DNA from: Eledone cirrhosa
Lineage: Eukaryota
NCBI GenBank assembly: GCA_964016885.1
Contig: OZ024742.1
Location: 279,992,001 to 280,056,000 of the forward strand
Direction: 5' to 3'
Length of the DNA stretch: 64,000 nt
Both the position numbers and the translations under genes were made by a program. The notes under the pieces were generated by a model. That model was not told the origin of the DNA. It did no database searches and saw only the letters and a list, made by a program, of their open reading frames with translations. Positions 1 through 13,493 of the stretch are shown piece by piece; position 1 is the first letter of the stretch; each line of letters opens with the position of its first letter.

Positions 1-1269
1 ACTCATTGGAAGGGCCTTTAGATTGTCACTGTTTTCTCTTAGATACTCTGCTCTTTAATTACAGAAACCTGCCGATGTCAACCTTGCCTTATTTTCAAAG
101 TGCTAGTCCAGTAATGGGGTCGATTATTTCCCTCTCAATCTTTCAATAGAAGAAATCGTCTGTGTTCAGACTAGTGAAGAATTGACTCTACCAGTTTTAA
201 ATACCCAATATATTTTCATGTCAGGTGGCGCCCTTGCGACAACAATAGAAATTCATGCTCAATGGATGGATGGATGGATATTGTTTCCGTTTTTAGTGTG
301 TATATATGTACCTATAATTATATTGAATGATCTAGAATTCATTTTATAATTAGAACTCGATTTTAACGTTTATATTTTTAAATAGTTCTTACTTCGACGA
401 TGTTAGATGTCCTGTTAAATGTTATATTTATACGGACAGCACGTATTTTATTTTTTATAGATCTTATCGTCATTCCATGTTATTACCAAATTTCACTAGC
501 TGCTTTATTAACTACTTTCGAATTTATTGTATTCTTTAATTATGTCTTCTCTCAAGTGGTTGCTTGCCAATCGATAGCTTGTTCGTTTGTTTTGTGTGTT
601 GTTTAAATAGCTGTGAATTATTTTAGTTTGCAGCGTTTTAAAACTCAGTATCATATTTTAATCCATAATATTTCTTTTTATTAAACTAAATACATTTGAA
701 GTTTAATATTTGTCAGCTTATTTTTTGAAAAGCTGCCATGATGCAGATAAACTATGAATAATCGCCGACTATGTCGAGGTAAATACGTCTGGTCACCGAA
801 TATTGGACAGGACAACCACCTCTACTGAGGCAGATTTTCTAAAGGCAAATATATTTTCACATTTCCTCAATGCTTCATCAGTGAACCAAATATAAATCCC
901 GGTTTATTTTCTCATCTATAGCCTGTTGTAAAACTCACCTGATGCTTTTAGATTGAGGCTGTCTCCTAAGAAATTATCAATATGTAGTAACTTAGTCAAA
1001 ACTGTGTAACGCATTTTGAGGTGTGTTTTCCTTTTAATCTGTAGGTGTTCAAAAACTTTTCGGTAACATTTCAACAAGGGCATTTTGATTCCACTTCCAA
1101 AATGTGTAAAATCAGTCGACTGGAATTTGCAGATGACATGGTATTACTTAACTCGACAGAAGGTAATCTCTGATTTGTACTTGATTGTTTTGATGCCGCG
1201 TGCTGCATGGCTGGGATGAAAATCAGGGCTGCGAAAATGAGACACTCACCCACTGAAGAAAGCCTGCGC

Positions 1270-1550
1270 AATGAACTCTACATGTGAATGAAGTTTCACT
1301 GAAGCAGGTAGAGAAGGTCAAGTATCACGAGGCTGTGTGTACGAGTGATGGCAGGAAGGATTCCTGAATTAAGTGTAATTCGGTAATCAGAAAAACTCAG
1401 ATAGGTGTAAAAGCCAAACTTGCTATCCTCAATTCAGTATTTGTGCCAACATTTACCTATGGTTATGAATCTGGGGTCATGACTGAAAGAATACGAGCGG
1501 CCGAAATGGGGTTGCTCCCAAGGGTCTTTAGAGTAATGTTATTCGATAGA
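1270..1550 (+). mobile_element. Degenerate RTE-clade LINE fragment (RT C-terminal region)
   Basis: Manual translation gives QVEKVKY..., KAKLAILNSVFVPTFTYGYESGVMTERIRAAEMG, resembling the RTE-type 'K..Y...V.P.L.YG.E.W...R..AAEM' tail; interrupted by frameshifts. Confidence 0.6.
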
Positions 1551-1874
1551 GAAGAAGAAGACGAAGAAGAGGGAAGAAGTCGATGATATGATTCTCGGAT
1601 AAAATTCCCTAGCTTACTGTCTCTGGGTGAAATTTGGGTCGGGCTTCAATCTGTGACGTCACTACTCCCTACCGTTTACTACTGGTAGTGAGTCAGGTAC
1701 ATACGGAACTGGACATAACGCATTTTAATAAAATCCGCTGACGAAGCCCTGCTGGAATTCGTCCGGCCATGACCCTCTCACTCAATGAAACTATAAGCAT
1801 ACACTTGTGAAACAGTATCTCGTTGTTCAGAGTGCACGCATAATAGTTATGTAGTAAGTACAGTGGAAGTACAC

Positions 1875-2035
<161 letters not shown>

Positions 2036-2600
2036 AACATACGTCGGCGTTGTTTTTAAGAGAGAGATAGGTGAGAGAAAAATGAGAAAGAATATATATG
2101 GAAAGAAGAAGGGAACAGTGAGAATATGACAAGCAGAGAAAAATAGATAGAGAGATAAAGGGATGACGAGAGAGAGAAAGGGAGAGGGGGAGAATGGGAG
2201 GTTTTTATTTAGACGCTTAATACATTTTCAGAAGAAATACAAGTTTATTATATATAACTGAGAATTTTCCGAATCATTTCTGTCAAACCTAATCCATACA
2301 GTATTCGCTAAGTGATTTTTTTTTTATTGTTAATTCTATCTTCCTCTTCGAATAAACCAAACTCTGATAAACGTTCGTCAGAATCCGCCGCGTTTCTACT
2401 AAGTTAGTTAGAAAGAAGTTTTACACGGCTTGGTGACGGTGATACTACACATACGTTGCTCTTTTAAAATCAAACAGGTTCAAAAACATCTCGGAAAATG
2501 TTTTGACAGGGAGAATTTAAGTCGGATTTAATTATTAGACTTTTCTCCTAAAAACATCACAGTCAAATCAATATCGTTCCGCAGCACGTCTTTGTGTTTA

Positions 2601-2670
<70 letters not shown>

Positions 2671-3634
2671 TGTATTTACATACATCTCTCTCTATATATA
2701 TATATTTGCATCCACCGGGAGACGGTGTACATATATATATATACATATATACGTAAACACATGTGTGCGTGATATACGTGAGCTACTCTGTCTATGTGTC
2801 AATGTCTCTTTTTATAAGTGTGTGCGAGGTTGTTTGTCAGTATGCGTACGCTTACCAATTGTGGTTATTCTTACGTCTGAGAAGTAATATTTCCATTTTC
2901 AGGAAAATGGAATTATTTAAGATATATCTGTCTTGATTTGTTTCGTGTAATTTTCTACTGACGTTTTATTATTATATCCTGTACATTTTTGTTTAACTTC
3001 TTTTATTTGCCTACGTTGGTAATAATTCTATAGACAAGCGACATTTGTTGATTATATAATTTTTTGTCATCTCTTCTTATTGAAGCTCAATATTATGATA
3101 TATATATATATGTATGTATGTGTTTATGTGTTTATGTGTGTATGTGTGTGTGTGTGTGGGTGTAGAGCGAGAGAGAGCGAGTGAGAGAGAGTGAGAGGGG
3201 AGAGAGAGAGTGGAAGAAATAAGGTGGGATGTAATGTGAGGATAAGTGAAATTTATATATATAAGGAATGGACCTACGTCGGTTTCCACGATGAGTATGC
3301 CATTTCTCTGTTCAACAGATCAGCCTGTTCATGAATTTAACGGGTATGTGACTGGGCATTCCACCGATACGTATGCCCGTAACATAATTCTCAGGGAGAT
3401 GCAGCGTGACACTGCACCTTAGAAGGCTTGATCATTGAATTACGGGTATAGTCCATCGGACTCACTTACAAACATTTGTCATCTATGCAATTTCTCTCAC
3501 AGGTCACGGGACGACCGGAAGCTATGGTAAATGATACAGTTTGCACGAATCCCAGACTGATTTTCCCATTTGGCGTTACTGCATGCATATACACCCAGAC
3601 ACACAGACAAACACATGCCTAAATATATATATAT

Positions 3635-3696
<62 letters not shown>

Positions 3697-3698
<2 letters not shown>

Positions 3699-3880
3699 CG
3701 AAGGAAATGTGGTAAGGAACCAGATGGACCATAACGCACCAGAGAGTACTCAATACTTAGGGTAGTAGAGTGGGTAATAGGAAAAAGTATGACCCCTATA
3801 TTCCTGAACCATGAGATTACTTCCTGGGTACTGACCCATAGGCTAAGTCTCGTATTTTGCATAACTTTGGGTCATACGTT
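3697..3880 (-). mobile_element. Tiny PLE remnant: pLTR tail fused to a short RT piece, inside (TA)n
   Basis: 3697-3797 matches the pLTR tail at 6923-7020 and 43580-43682. 3798-3875 matches RT sequence at 42768-42845 (LSLWVSTQEVISWFRN). Confidence 0.8.
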
Positions 3881-3882
3881 TT

Positions 3883-4010
<128 letters not shown>

Positions 4011-4744
4011 TGGGTTAGGAGGTGAGGCTCTGCGGTTACTGAAAACGAAGTGTTAGAAGGTAATCGGGAAACAAACAAGAGAAGAATAAAAAGGTTTCCC
4101 TTCGTCAGCTGTTTACTACGGATCTTGGATATTACATCGATCCGTAGCGCGCCCATCAAAAGGCCAGCGAAGTTGGTAGAGCATTCAGTCCCAAGGTCGA
4201 GTTCGATGTAGAGTTATTTCCACAACAAATTAGCAGACCATAGTTTAGAACAGGTGTTTCACCCAACTTGTGTATGCTTATAGTGAAAACGAATGAAGTT
4301 ATGAGCTGGCTAGATTCTGCGCGCCAGATGTCGAAAGTTGAAAGACAAGGAAGACAACTCGGTTAGATTATTTTAGCGGGAACAACTTTTGAAGATCAAT
4401 CGCTTGTGATAGTTCAGTCCAGGTTATACTTTTGGTTATCATGGATCTTTCTAGTTACGTAATAAAACCTTCGCAGATGGGGGCAGCGATTAAAAAAAAA
4501 CCGGCTCTCGTGTTAAAGTAAGTACTGTTACGTAACCTCTGCAAGATAGTTACTCTTTCATCGATGCACAACTGATATGACACTGCTCCTTTTCCGTTTG
4601 ACATCGATTTGGTGAGCATTTTACATTGAATGGAGGATTTGACATCTGGATCATTGCGTGACCAACCGTGGCTTTCCAGCTTCATGTATGATCAGTTATC
4701 AAGGAGGTTAAATGTTTAAATGTCGTTTAGTGGTTAAGAAAACT

Positions 4745-5240
4745 CTCCTTAAACCGACTGGACTATTGCCATCAACTATGGTCACCCCAGAGTGTCAAAT
4801 TAACTACAGACTTGAAGCAATCAAACGAAGCTACACCATGAGAATGATTACAATGAACGAGATGCGCTAGTAGGAGAGGCTGAAAAACGGGAGAGATGCA
4901 TGGTGATACTCATATGGAATATCCTGGGTGGGTGGCTGGCAGCAAACTTCGGCATTGAAAACCGAACCAACCCACGAACAGGACGCCGCAGAGTAGTACC
5001 AAAGTTCTCATCCTTCACATCAAGAATAAGAAATAAATACTGCAATAACCGAGGTTTCAAGACTCCCAGCTTTTTAATAATCTGTCAATAAATCAGAGAT
5101 CCACATGGTGTACATGTAGATGATTTTAACAAACATCTTGACATTCTGCTAACCAACTTCAAGCATGAACCCACTGACCAAGGCGAAGCACGAATAAGGG
5201 TGGTAGCCAGAAACTCCCTTTTACAACAATGACCAACCAA
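4745..5240 (+). mobile_element. Degenerate CR1-group LINE 3' fragment
   Basis: Reads LDYCHQLWSP...RERCMVILIWNILGGWLAANFGI, similar to the CR1/L2-group RT C-terminal signature LDYCSQLWSP...RRERY.IIY.WKIL.G..PN. Confidence 0.6.
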
Positions 5241-5744
5241 GGAGAGTTGGGTATAAAGAGTAAAAGATTATATATATAAAATTATATATAATCTTTATGG
5301 GTTGCCCTTACCAATAGGTCATTTTCCGGAAGTTAAAATCTTGCTGCTCCCACCGCCTAATTTTGTTTCAATCAGCAAAACACGGAATGTGCAACGTTTC
5401 AGCGCAGTCGGACAGATGTTAGGTGACCCTCAAAACCCTTAAAGTTGGAACATAGCATAGGCAACGATTAATTCTGTTCAAAAGCGGTATACTGTTCGCT
5501 ATCACGACCATTTATATATCCAGGCAACGCCAGCAAATGTTTTAAAACGTTCTGAATCAAATTTACCAATAGTTAATTTGAAATTCCTGAAATAACATGA
5601 ACAACTTAAGAAATAATAGGTTTTCTTAATAAAGAAAACAACTTCTATAAGGGAAACGCATTTTTATTTACAACAATAACTTGTATAAAATCAAAAACAT
5701 AATGTGAACATTGAACACTGAATATTGAACATTATTTTGGCATT

Positions 5745-6012
5745 ACGGGGTCGATAAAACAAAGTACCAGTAATGTACTGGGTATTTGCTGGCCTTGTGC
5801 CTAAAATAGAAACACTTATTTTTGCATAATAAATTGACAGTATAGGTAGAGGGTCGGACATGGTTTCCAGCATAGTTACGTCCCTTTACGATCTGAGTTC
5901 AAATCCCGCCGCGGTTAACTTTGCCTTTCATCCATACGGGATCGATAAAATAAAGTATCAGTAATGTACTGATGATTGCTGGCCTTGTGCCAAATGTAGA
6001 AACAATTATTTT
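5745..6012 (+). mobile_element. SINE copies (octopod-like SINE with TTTGCCTTTCATCC..GGGGTCGATAAA core)
   Basis: ctgagttcaaatcccgccgcggttaactttgcctttcatccatacgggatcgataaaataaagtatcag with a B-box-like gttcaaatcc. The same motif recurs at 12170-12310, 36775-36910, 46110-46258, 46880-47190 and 63350-63447. Confidence 0.75.
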
Positions 6013-6014
6013 TG

Positions 6015-6380
6015 AATAAGAGAGGATTTAGTGGCAGTTGGGTATGATTTACGGTTTTCGGTAACGATCTGTAAAACAAATTGTTTCTCAGTTTCCTCTT
6101 TTCTGAGATTTTTATTGTAATCCTGAACTAGGTTGACACCTCTTTCTGCAACATCATTCACAACAACTGTCTTCTCAAGTTTTTCAAGTCCACTTTTGTA
6201 ACCAGTATCATCCTTACAGGTTGAAGGGTCTTTCTTTGTCGAGGAAATTGATTCTGATAGAAAATCTCGTCAAGAATGTTTTTACAAAAGACGAAAACTC
6301 GATGTTTGGAAAAGAAGAAAAGACATTTTGGTATAGAATGTACTTCTTTAGTTGATTGTTTTTCTTCTTCCTCTTCTTCA
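6015..6380 (-). pseudogene. hAT-like (hATm-type) transposase C-terminal remnant
   Basis: Minus-strand translation LEKTVVVNDVAERGVNLVQDYNKNLRKEETEKQFVLQIVTENRKSYP contains the VVND.AERG motif of hAT-related transposases; not shown in full by the ORF track. Confidence 0.65.
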
Positions 6381-6429
6381 CCTTTGTCTGCTTCCAGTAT
6401 AACTTGAGCAATATTTGCCTTAACATCTT

Positions 6430-6660
6430 CTTACTCTCCTTGCTCTCCTTTTCTCATTGCTCTCGTTGCTCTCCCTTTTTCACTGCTCTCCTTGCTCTCT
6501 TTTTCTACATGTTCTCCTTACTCCCCTTTTCTCATTGCTCTCCTTGCTGTCGTATTCTCCTTCCACTCCTTGCTCTCTTTGCTCTCCTTTTCTCCTTGCT
6601 CTCATTACTACCATTTTCTCCTTGCTTTCCTTTTCTCATTGCTTTCCCTTTCTCCTTCTA
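6430..6660. repeat. Pyrimidine-rich degenerate minisatellite (ttgctctcc / ttttctc motifs)
   Basis: Repeated ttgctctcc and ttttctc(a/c)ttgct motifs. Confidence 0.7.
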
Positions 6661-6749
6661 TCCACGTAATTATTTATATGCAAATACAAATTAGAAAAGG
6701 GGAGCTAGGAGAAATATGAAAGCAAGGATAGTAAGGAGTGTGTATATAA

Positions 6750-6784
<35 letters not shown>

Positions 6785-6855
6785 TATATATTACTCAATA
6801 CCGAGTACTCATTTCTCTCAGCTGTCAACCACATATATACATATATATATATATG

Positions 6856-6924
<69 letters not shown>

Positions 6925-7317
6925 CAAAGGAAAAGTGGTAAGGAACCAGATGGACCATAACGCACCAAAGTACTCAATACTTAGGGTAGTAGAGTGGGTA
7001 ATAGGAACGAGTAGGGCCCCGTCGGCTGAGCTCAAGCCGTTTCGACGGCTAATTCTGGACTAAATGAAAATTGTTATCCTGTTAAATAAATACCCCAACT
7101 TCTCAGGCGGTAATTCCATATATGGTAAAAGTGCTTGTCACGAGGATTGGTCAAAACTTTGTTGTTGAGACACATGATTCTATCATACCATTTTGTGGAA
7201 GGTAGGGGTAGCTGAACTTGCCAGTAGAAGAAAGGGGGAGAGGGAGTGGGGAAAACCCAGTCGAGCGTTGAAAGTGACAGCTACAGCAGATTCAAAGGAT
7301 AGGAGGTTGAAAAAAGT

Positions 7318-8798
7318 ATACGTTAAGCAAAACGCCAGACTTAGCCTCTGGGTCAACTCCCAGGAAGTAATCTCATGGTTCAGCAATATGGAGGACAAAC
7401 GAGACACACAATTCATCCAGTTTGATATAGAGAGTTACTATGCTTCAATTATCTTACCGCTCTTTACGGCCGCCTTGGACTTTGCCCAGACACTTGCGCC
7501 CATCACCGACCAGGAAAGAAATATCATCCTCCACACCAGGAAGACAGTCCTACTTTTCGACAACTCCAAATGGATAAAGAGTGCTCCCGACTCCCCCTTC
7601 GACGACAGTATGGGCGCGACGGATTCGGCTGAGGTCACAGATCTTTTAGGATTATTCCTACTAGTTAAACTCACCGATATGTTTCCTGCTTTCGGCGGTG
7701 GATTGTACCGTGATGATGGGCTCCTTACCCTTAAAGGGTACAACCCCAGTAGTACAGACCGGGTCCGTAAACAATTAATCAGCTTCTTCCGCGACTGGAG
7801 ATTTAAAATAACCCTACAAACGTCCCTAACCCGAGTAAACTTCCTGGACGTTACCCTTGTCCTCGATAATGATCTGTACTACCCATACTGGAAACCAAAC
7901 GACAACTTGCACTACATCCACCGCCGGTCAAACCATCCTAGAAACATCACCAATAATCTGGTTAAAAACACCTCCCTCCGTATATCTCGTTTGTCCGCTA
8001 ATGAGCAGATATTCGAGGAACATGCGCCTTATTACAACCAGGCCCTCAAGCGGAGTGGCTTCCTGGTGGAAATATCTTACTGTCCAGCTTCCATTAGCGG
8101 AACCAGCAAGCGACACCGCCGCTCACGCAACGTAACATGGTTCAATCCTCCCCACAACGCCGAAGTGACAACACCTATCGGAAAAAATCTTCTTTAGGCT
8201 CATCGAAAAACACTTCCCACTACAACACCGCTACCACAACATAATTAACAAACATACCATCAAACTCTCCTACAGCACCACACCTAACTTTGCACAAAAC
8301 ATCGTCTCCTCTATCAACAAAAAACTCAACCCCTATGGAAGAAATAACCTAGATAGCAGTGGAGAGCCCACCAGGAGGTGTAAATGTCCTGATGGATCCA
8401 TTTGCCCCCTCGACAACAGATGGAGAGATCGTAATGTGATCTACCTGTGCAACGTGAGGACGGACACCTCCAACAAAGCTTATATAGGATTAACCGCTTG
8501 TGACTTCAAGACCCGGCTATACCAACACAGACACAAGACCCGGCTATACCAACACAGACATACTTTCCGAAACCCGGCCCGGCGTCACGCCACTACACCT
8601 TCGGGCCACAGCTGGGACCTCAAAGATAACAATATAACCTATAATCTCACTTGGAGCTTACTGTCCAGAGCCAACTCTTACACGGGAGGACGCCCTCCGT
8701 GTAACTTATGCTCGGAGGAAACATTACAAATGCTGTTTTCGACAGACCAACTCCCAAACAAGAAAGACGAACTGGTAACTGCATGCAAACACATGTAG
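7318..8798 (+). pseudogene. PLE-1 reverse transcriptase + GIY-YIG endonuclease (frameshifted)
   Basis: RT motifs QFDIESYY, MGATDSAE, LYRDDGL, NFLDVTL, SNHP, WFNPP. Frameshift near 8190, linker CKCPDGSICPL, then VIYLC..AYIGLT..FKTRLYQH..CNLCSEE. Confidence 0.93.
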
Positions 8799-9892
8799 AC
8801 AAGGGCTGAAACACCCCACTTGCCGATTTGTAATGGGTAACACCTGCTTACAAAGGTAGACGTAACGTTTTTCTATGGATGTTCTCATATATTTTTTATC
8901 GTTTCCTCTATATTTCCTTCTTCCCCCATTCCTTCTTAGTCCTTCCACCCCAGATCTCCTACTTTGTCGTCGTTCTTTTCACCTTCTCGCCCACCCCGAG
9001 GCAGCCCTTCGGTCCTCTATAGCCTCAGTATTCCCACCCCCCTTATTCTATGATAGAATTGGCCGAATCCGCTCGTTATAGAAGATGTGCTAGACCCCAG
9101 ATACTTGCTTTTATCTATGATTGCTGCCCCATTTCCGTGATTTCTAGATTTCTTAGTGGTATTCCTGCTTTAGTTTCTCGTATATCAGTATTTTTTTTTT
9201 TAGGGGGGGGGGGGGAATTCTGAATTAATTTTTCGTATTAGTTTTTCATATATATCGTACGAGCATTTATGTAGTTTGTATTGTAGCAGTACCCATATAT
9301 ATCGTATTAGTATTCATGTTTCGGGATTCTGAATTAATATTTCGTATTAGTTTCGGGGCTCTGAATTATTATTTCGTATTAGTTTTTCTTTTTTTAGTAT
9401 TTTGGCCCTCTACTTGTTGACCTGTCATTGTAAGATAGATTTTGCCGATTACTACTAACTCATAAAATTCTTTCACTACAATCTCGTATTTAGTATTCCA
9501 TCCCGCCTATTACACTTTTTTATAGCTTAGCAGTACCAGTGAGGGATTTGATGATTGTGGAAGAGGAATAGTAACCATAAATTGTGTTTTTTTTATATTT
9601 TTTATATTTTTTATATTTTTCTATATATTTACTCCATATAGATTTACTTATTGTTTCGACTTCCTGCCCCCTCCCCTTCTCTAGTATACTTTTTTCAACC
9701 TCCTATCCTTTGAATCTGCTGTAGTTGTCACTTTCAACGCTCGACTGGATTTCCTCCACCCCTCTCCTTCTTTCTTCTACTGGCAAGTTCAGCTACCCCT
9801 GCCTTCCACATAATGCCATGATAGAATCATGTGTCTCAACAACAAACTTTTGACCAATCCTTGTGACAATTACTTTTACCATATATGGAATT

Positions 9893-9989
9893 ACCCCCTG
9901 AGAAGTTCGGCTATTCATTTAACAGGATAAAAAATGTTCATTTAGTCCAGAATTAGCTGTCGAAACGGCTTGAGCTCAGCTGTCGGGGT
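9893..9989 (+). ncRNA. Type I hammerhead-like motif in PLE-1 pLTR (non-canonical core)
   Basis: acccc-CTGAGAA-(stem II cggcta/tagctg with long insert)-GAAA-cggcttgagctcagctg-TC-ggggt. The core has a C3/A8 mismatch. The inverted copy at 7016-7111 has a mutated cleavage triplet. Confidence 0.6.
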
Positions 9990-10001
9990 CCTACTCGTTC
10001 C

Positions 10002-10152
<151 letters not shown>

Positions 10153-13100
10153 TCACACTCCTTGCGATCCTTGCTTTCATATATATTACTCAATACCGAG
10201 TACTCATTTCTCTCAGCTGTCAACCATCTACGGATATCTGTATGTTAGGGTCGCCCGTAGCTATACTTAATTTTCTGAAAGTTGAAATTTTGCTGCTCCC
10301 ACATAAAAAAATAGGCGTTTGCCCTATACCTGATTTCTGTCCCTTATCCTTCTAATACCAAGAATAAGTCTAAACAAGTTTCTAATTTAAGAGAAAATTA
10401 TATGAGGTAAAAGAATTTCACCGGAAAAAATAACTTTCCAGGCAGAAACTTATTTATTTACTCTCTTACGTGTTTCGGTCTACTGACTGAGGCCATGTTG
10501 GTGCACCGCCATTGATGCTACACGATCTATACCCAACTTTCCTTCGTTTTTTTATTTCTTTATAAGGTTTCTTATCTCAAAACGTATGTTAAGAGATATT
10601 GTTATACCAGTATAGAGAGCCAGAAAATTACTTTCTATCAAATAGGCACAACACATTAGATATTGAAAGAACGTTAATAAACAAGTGACATAAATGTACA
10701 AGTGCTGGTTGACAGTATGGGAGAATGAGAGCGAGGGAGAGAGAAGGAGAGAGAGAGGGAGAGAGAGAGAGAGAGAGAGCGCGCGTGTGTGTGTGAAAAT
10801 GTGTGTGTGTGTGTGTGAGGAGGCTCTTGTCGTGCACACAGTCATAAAGTGTGATATTGATAAAGTTAAGAGAATATGGCAATGCAAATAACCGAGAAAT
10901 GTTTGAATGAAACCAATTTTAGTGTCTGCTGTCGTGCAAATTGCTACAAAATCCGCGATGGTAATAGATTAAATTACAAACCTTAAGAATTGGGAAGGAC
11001 AATATAAAATGTACACCAGTAATTGTTTCCCACTCGCAATTCATACATAACTGTCCTCTCTTGGTATCGACGATCAGTGGTCCAGTTTTTCGGTCAAAGT
11101 GTTTCGGCCTTCTAATGAGAATTAATTTAATTTTGGATTAATATTTGACAGACACCTGCTCTCTTAACATACGCCCCAGGGAGGTGTGACACAGAATCTA
11201 ACCAGACTGGAATCTTGAATTATATATACTAGCAGGAAAACCACCCGGCGGGTTTTTTTCTGCTAGCATGTGTAGTGTGTATTTTGATATTATACGCAGG
11301 TATATATATATAGATATGATACATCAAATAAAATCGTAATTGACAATATATAATACATAGAAATTGAACGAAGACTGCGTTACACTGTTTTATGTAATCA
11401 GTAACGTAATCCATGATACATTAAAAAAGACGATATTATATATAAACTGCATTAGGAGAAAATTAGTATGTTTATTTAAGCGATCGCCACCGGAAGTGTT
11501 GACATTTCAGAAATTCTAAAGAAGTGAATCTTTAAATAAACAAAATATATTTAATGAACAGCCACGAAATTTAGTAGATACATTATGTAATATTCATTCA
11601 TTATTTATTCAAAGTAATCCAACTTATTTTACAAACGGGATAAAAATAAGAAAATCCGGACGCAATCCCGCAGGCCTTCCTTTATTATAGTTTAAATGGA
11701 CCATCTTGTGAGCATTCCACAGTCCTGTCACGTGTATCGTTGACGTAATTCTCTGAATAATCTAGCGTGTCAGAAGGTGAGATGGGGCTGGTAAGTCAAA
11801 TTATAAGAAGAGTCGGTATTGTGTTATGGAGTGTATGTGGCGGAGTATTAAATAGAGATGGGTACACAACATTTAAAATGGTTCTCAGTGAGTGGTATCA
11901 TTTTAATTAGTACAGGCTTTCAAACAGTTTTTGGGTACCCGATTTCAGACGCAAGGCTTGGGTTGATCCGAAGCTATGTATGATACAGAACACTTGGTCA
12001 AGGGGTCAGGTGTTGAGATTTAACCGGGGACCTTATAATTGCCAAGCGAACTTCTTAACCATACCGTCTATCTATCTATTCGTATCACTATTATAACCAG
12101 CAACAGGGTTGTGGGTTCTTAGAACCATTAGAGCATGGGACAAATACTTGGAAGTATCTGATCCAGCTCTTTAGGTTCTGAGTTCAAATGACTTCCATCC
12201 TTCCATATTTGACAAGATAAAGTACTCTTCACATTCTGTGGCTCAATGTAATCCACTTCCCCCTCTGTCAATATTACTGGTATTGTGCTTAATGTAGAAA
12301 CTGTTATAACCGGTAACGTTTTCTAATAACTATCGCAATGCTTAAGGACAGAGAATTATCTAAATGTTTCTGTAAGTACCCATAAAAAAGAGATATTGAC
12401 AATTTACTTGAAAAAATATACCTGCGTGCAAACAATCAGCTACGTAGGACAACAACCTGGATCATATATGCATACATCCGTCCTCTTTTCCATTCGAAGG
12501 ACTAATTTCGGATCGAAGACTGATGAGAACCAATAGAAATGGTCATTACATATCTTAATTTCAGTATCAAACGCTTGTTTTTTTAGTTAACAAGTTATGC
12601 TTCATTTCATTTCTTTGCTTCTCGTTGATATTTCATTCACACCGTAATCCCGTAGTCAATAAACACATCAGTACCAATAAACCATCCATCCATGAAACCT
12701 GAACTTCTGATGGAGAGGGAAAGGTGTAGTTGCATTTAAACCTTGTGGATAAGGGAGAGAAAATAAGTAAGATGAGAAAAAGGAAACATTGATTCCATTA
12801 CGTTACTAGAATTGTATTAATCGACTTCAAAATTATGAAAAGACAAAACTAGGCTCGGCTAGATTTCAACTCATAGTTCGAACGCAGAGAGCCTGAACGT
12901 ATACAGCACATCATTCTAGGCGACATTATAACGATTCTGCTAATTCGCTAGCTTACTAACAGTAACGTTGATTAGATGGAAATTTTCTACAATGTTCCTC
13001 TCCCATTTATAAAATTGGCTTCGTGTTTAATCGACATGAAGTCATTATCGAACAAAGGAAAAAAAACAAAACATGGAAAACATTTTACTGGACCTTAAAT

Positions 13101-13397
13101 TGAACAATTTTTCTCAGCGAATAGTGTGTGTGAATGTTTTGTTTTTTTTCTTTTTTTTAATTGAAATTGTATGAAAGCATGAAACGGCTATGTCAGAAAC
13201 CATTTTACGATATTGATTTGTGTTGTTGAGCACACTTCCTTCACAATAAAGAAAGGGTATCTTTCATTTATCCAAAAGTATATACATACATATATATACA
13301 TACACATGAAAATTAATTCTATATACCCGCTCATATGTATACATATATATAAACACACACATACATATATATATATATGTATGTGTATATATATATG

Positions 13398-13493
<96 letters not shown>

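Noticed and set aside
3319-3526. Two possible micro-exons (ag...gt bounded, 25 and 24 nt)
   Set aside because: The second lies in sequence resembling a degenerate dispersed repeat (compare 11940-12000), and nothing else supports a host gene.
4090-4150. Minus-strand CTGACGA motif with flanking hairpin (related sequence at 23500-23530)
   Set aside because: I could not place a matching stem II, GAAA and cleavage triplet; probably a decayed pLTR.
4380-4700. Possible very old PLE GIY-YIG remnant on the minus strand
   Set aside because: Only faint motifs (DNQKYNLD); too degenerate to support.
5299-5660. MITE with short TIRs (gggttgccctta / taagggaaacgc); similar end at 10246
   Set aside because: The TIR match is poor and no TSD is visible. 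It may be an end of the neighbouring hAT-like element but cannot be supported.
7193-8197. Telomerase or functional host RT gene
   Set aside because: The downstream GIY-YIG domain, pLTR structure and frameshift identify it as a decayed Penelope-like element.
12518-12550. CTGATGA...GAAA spacing suggestive of a hammerhead
   Set aside because: No stem II or stem I complementarity.
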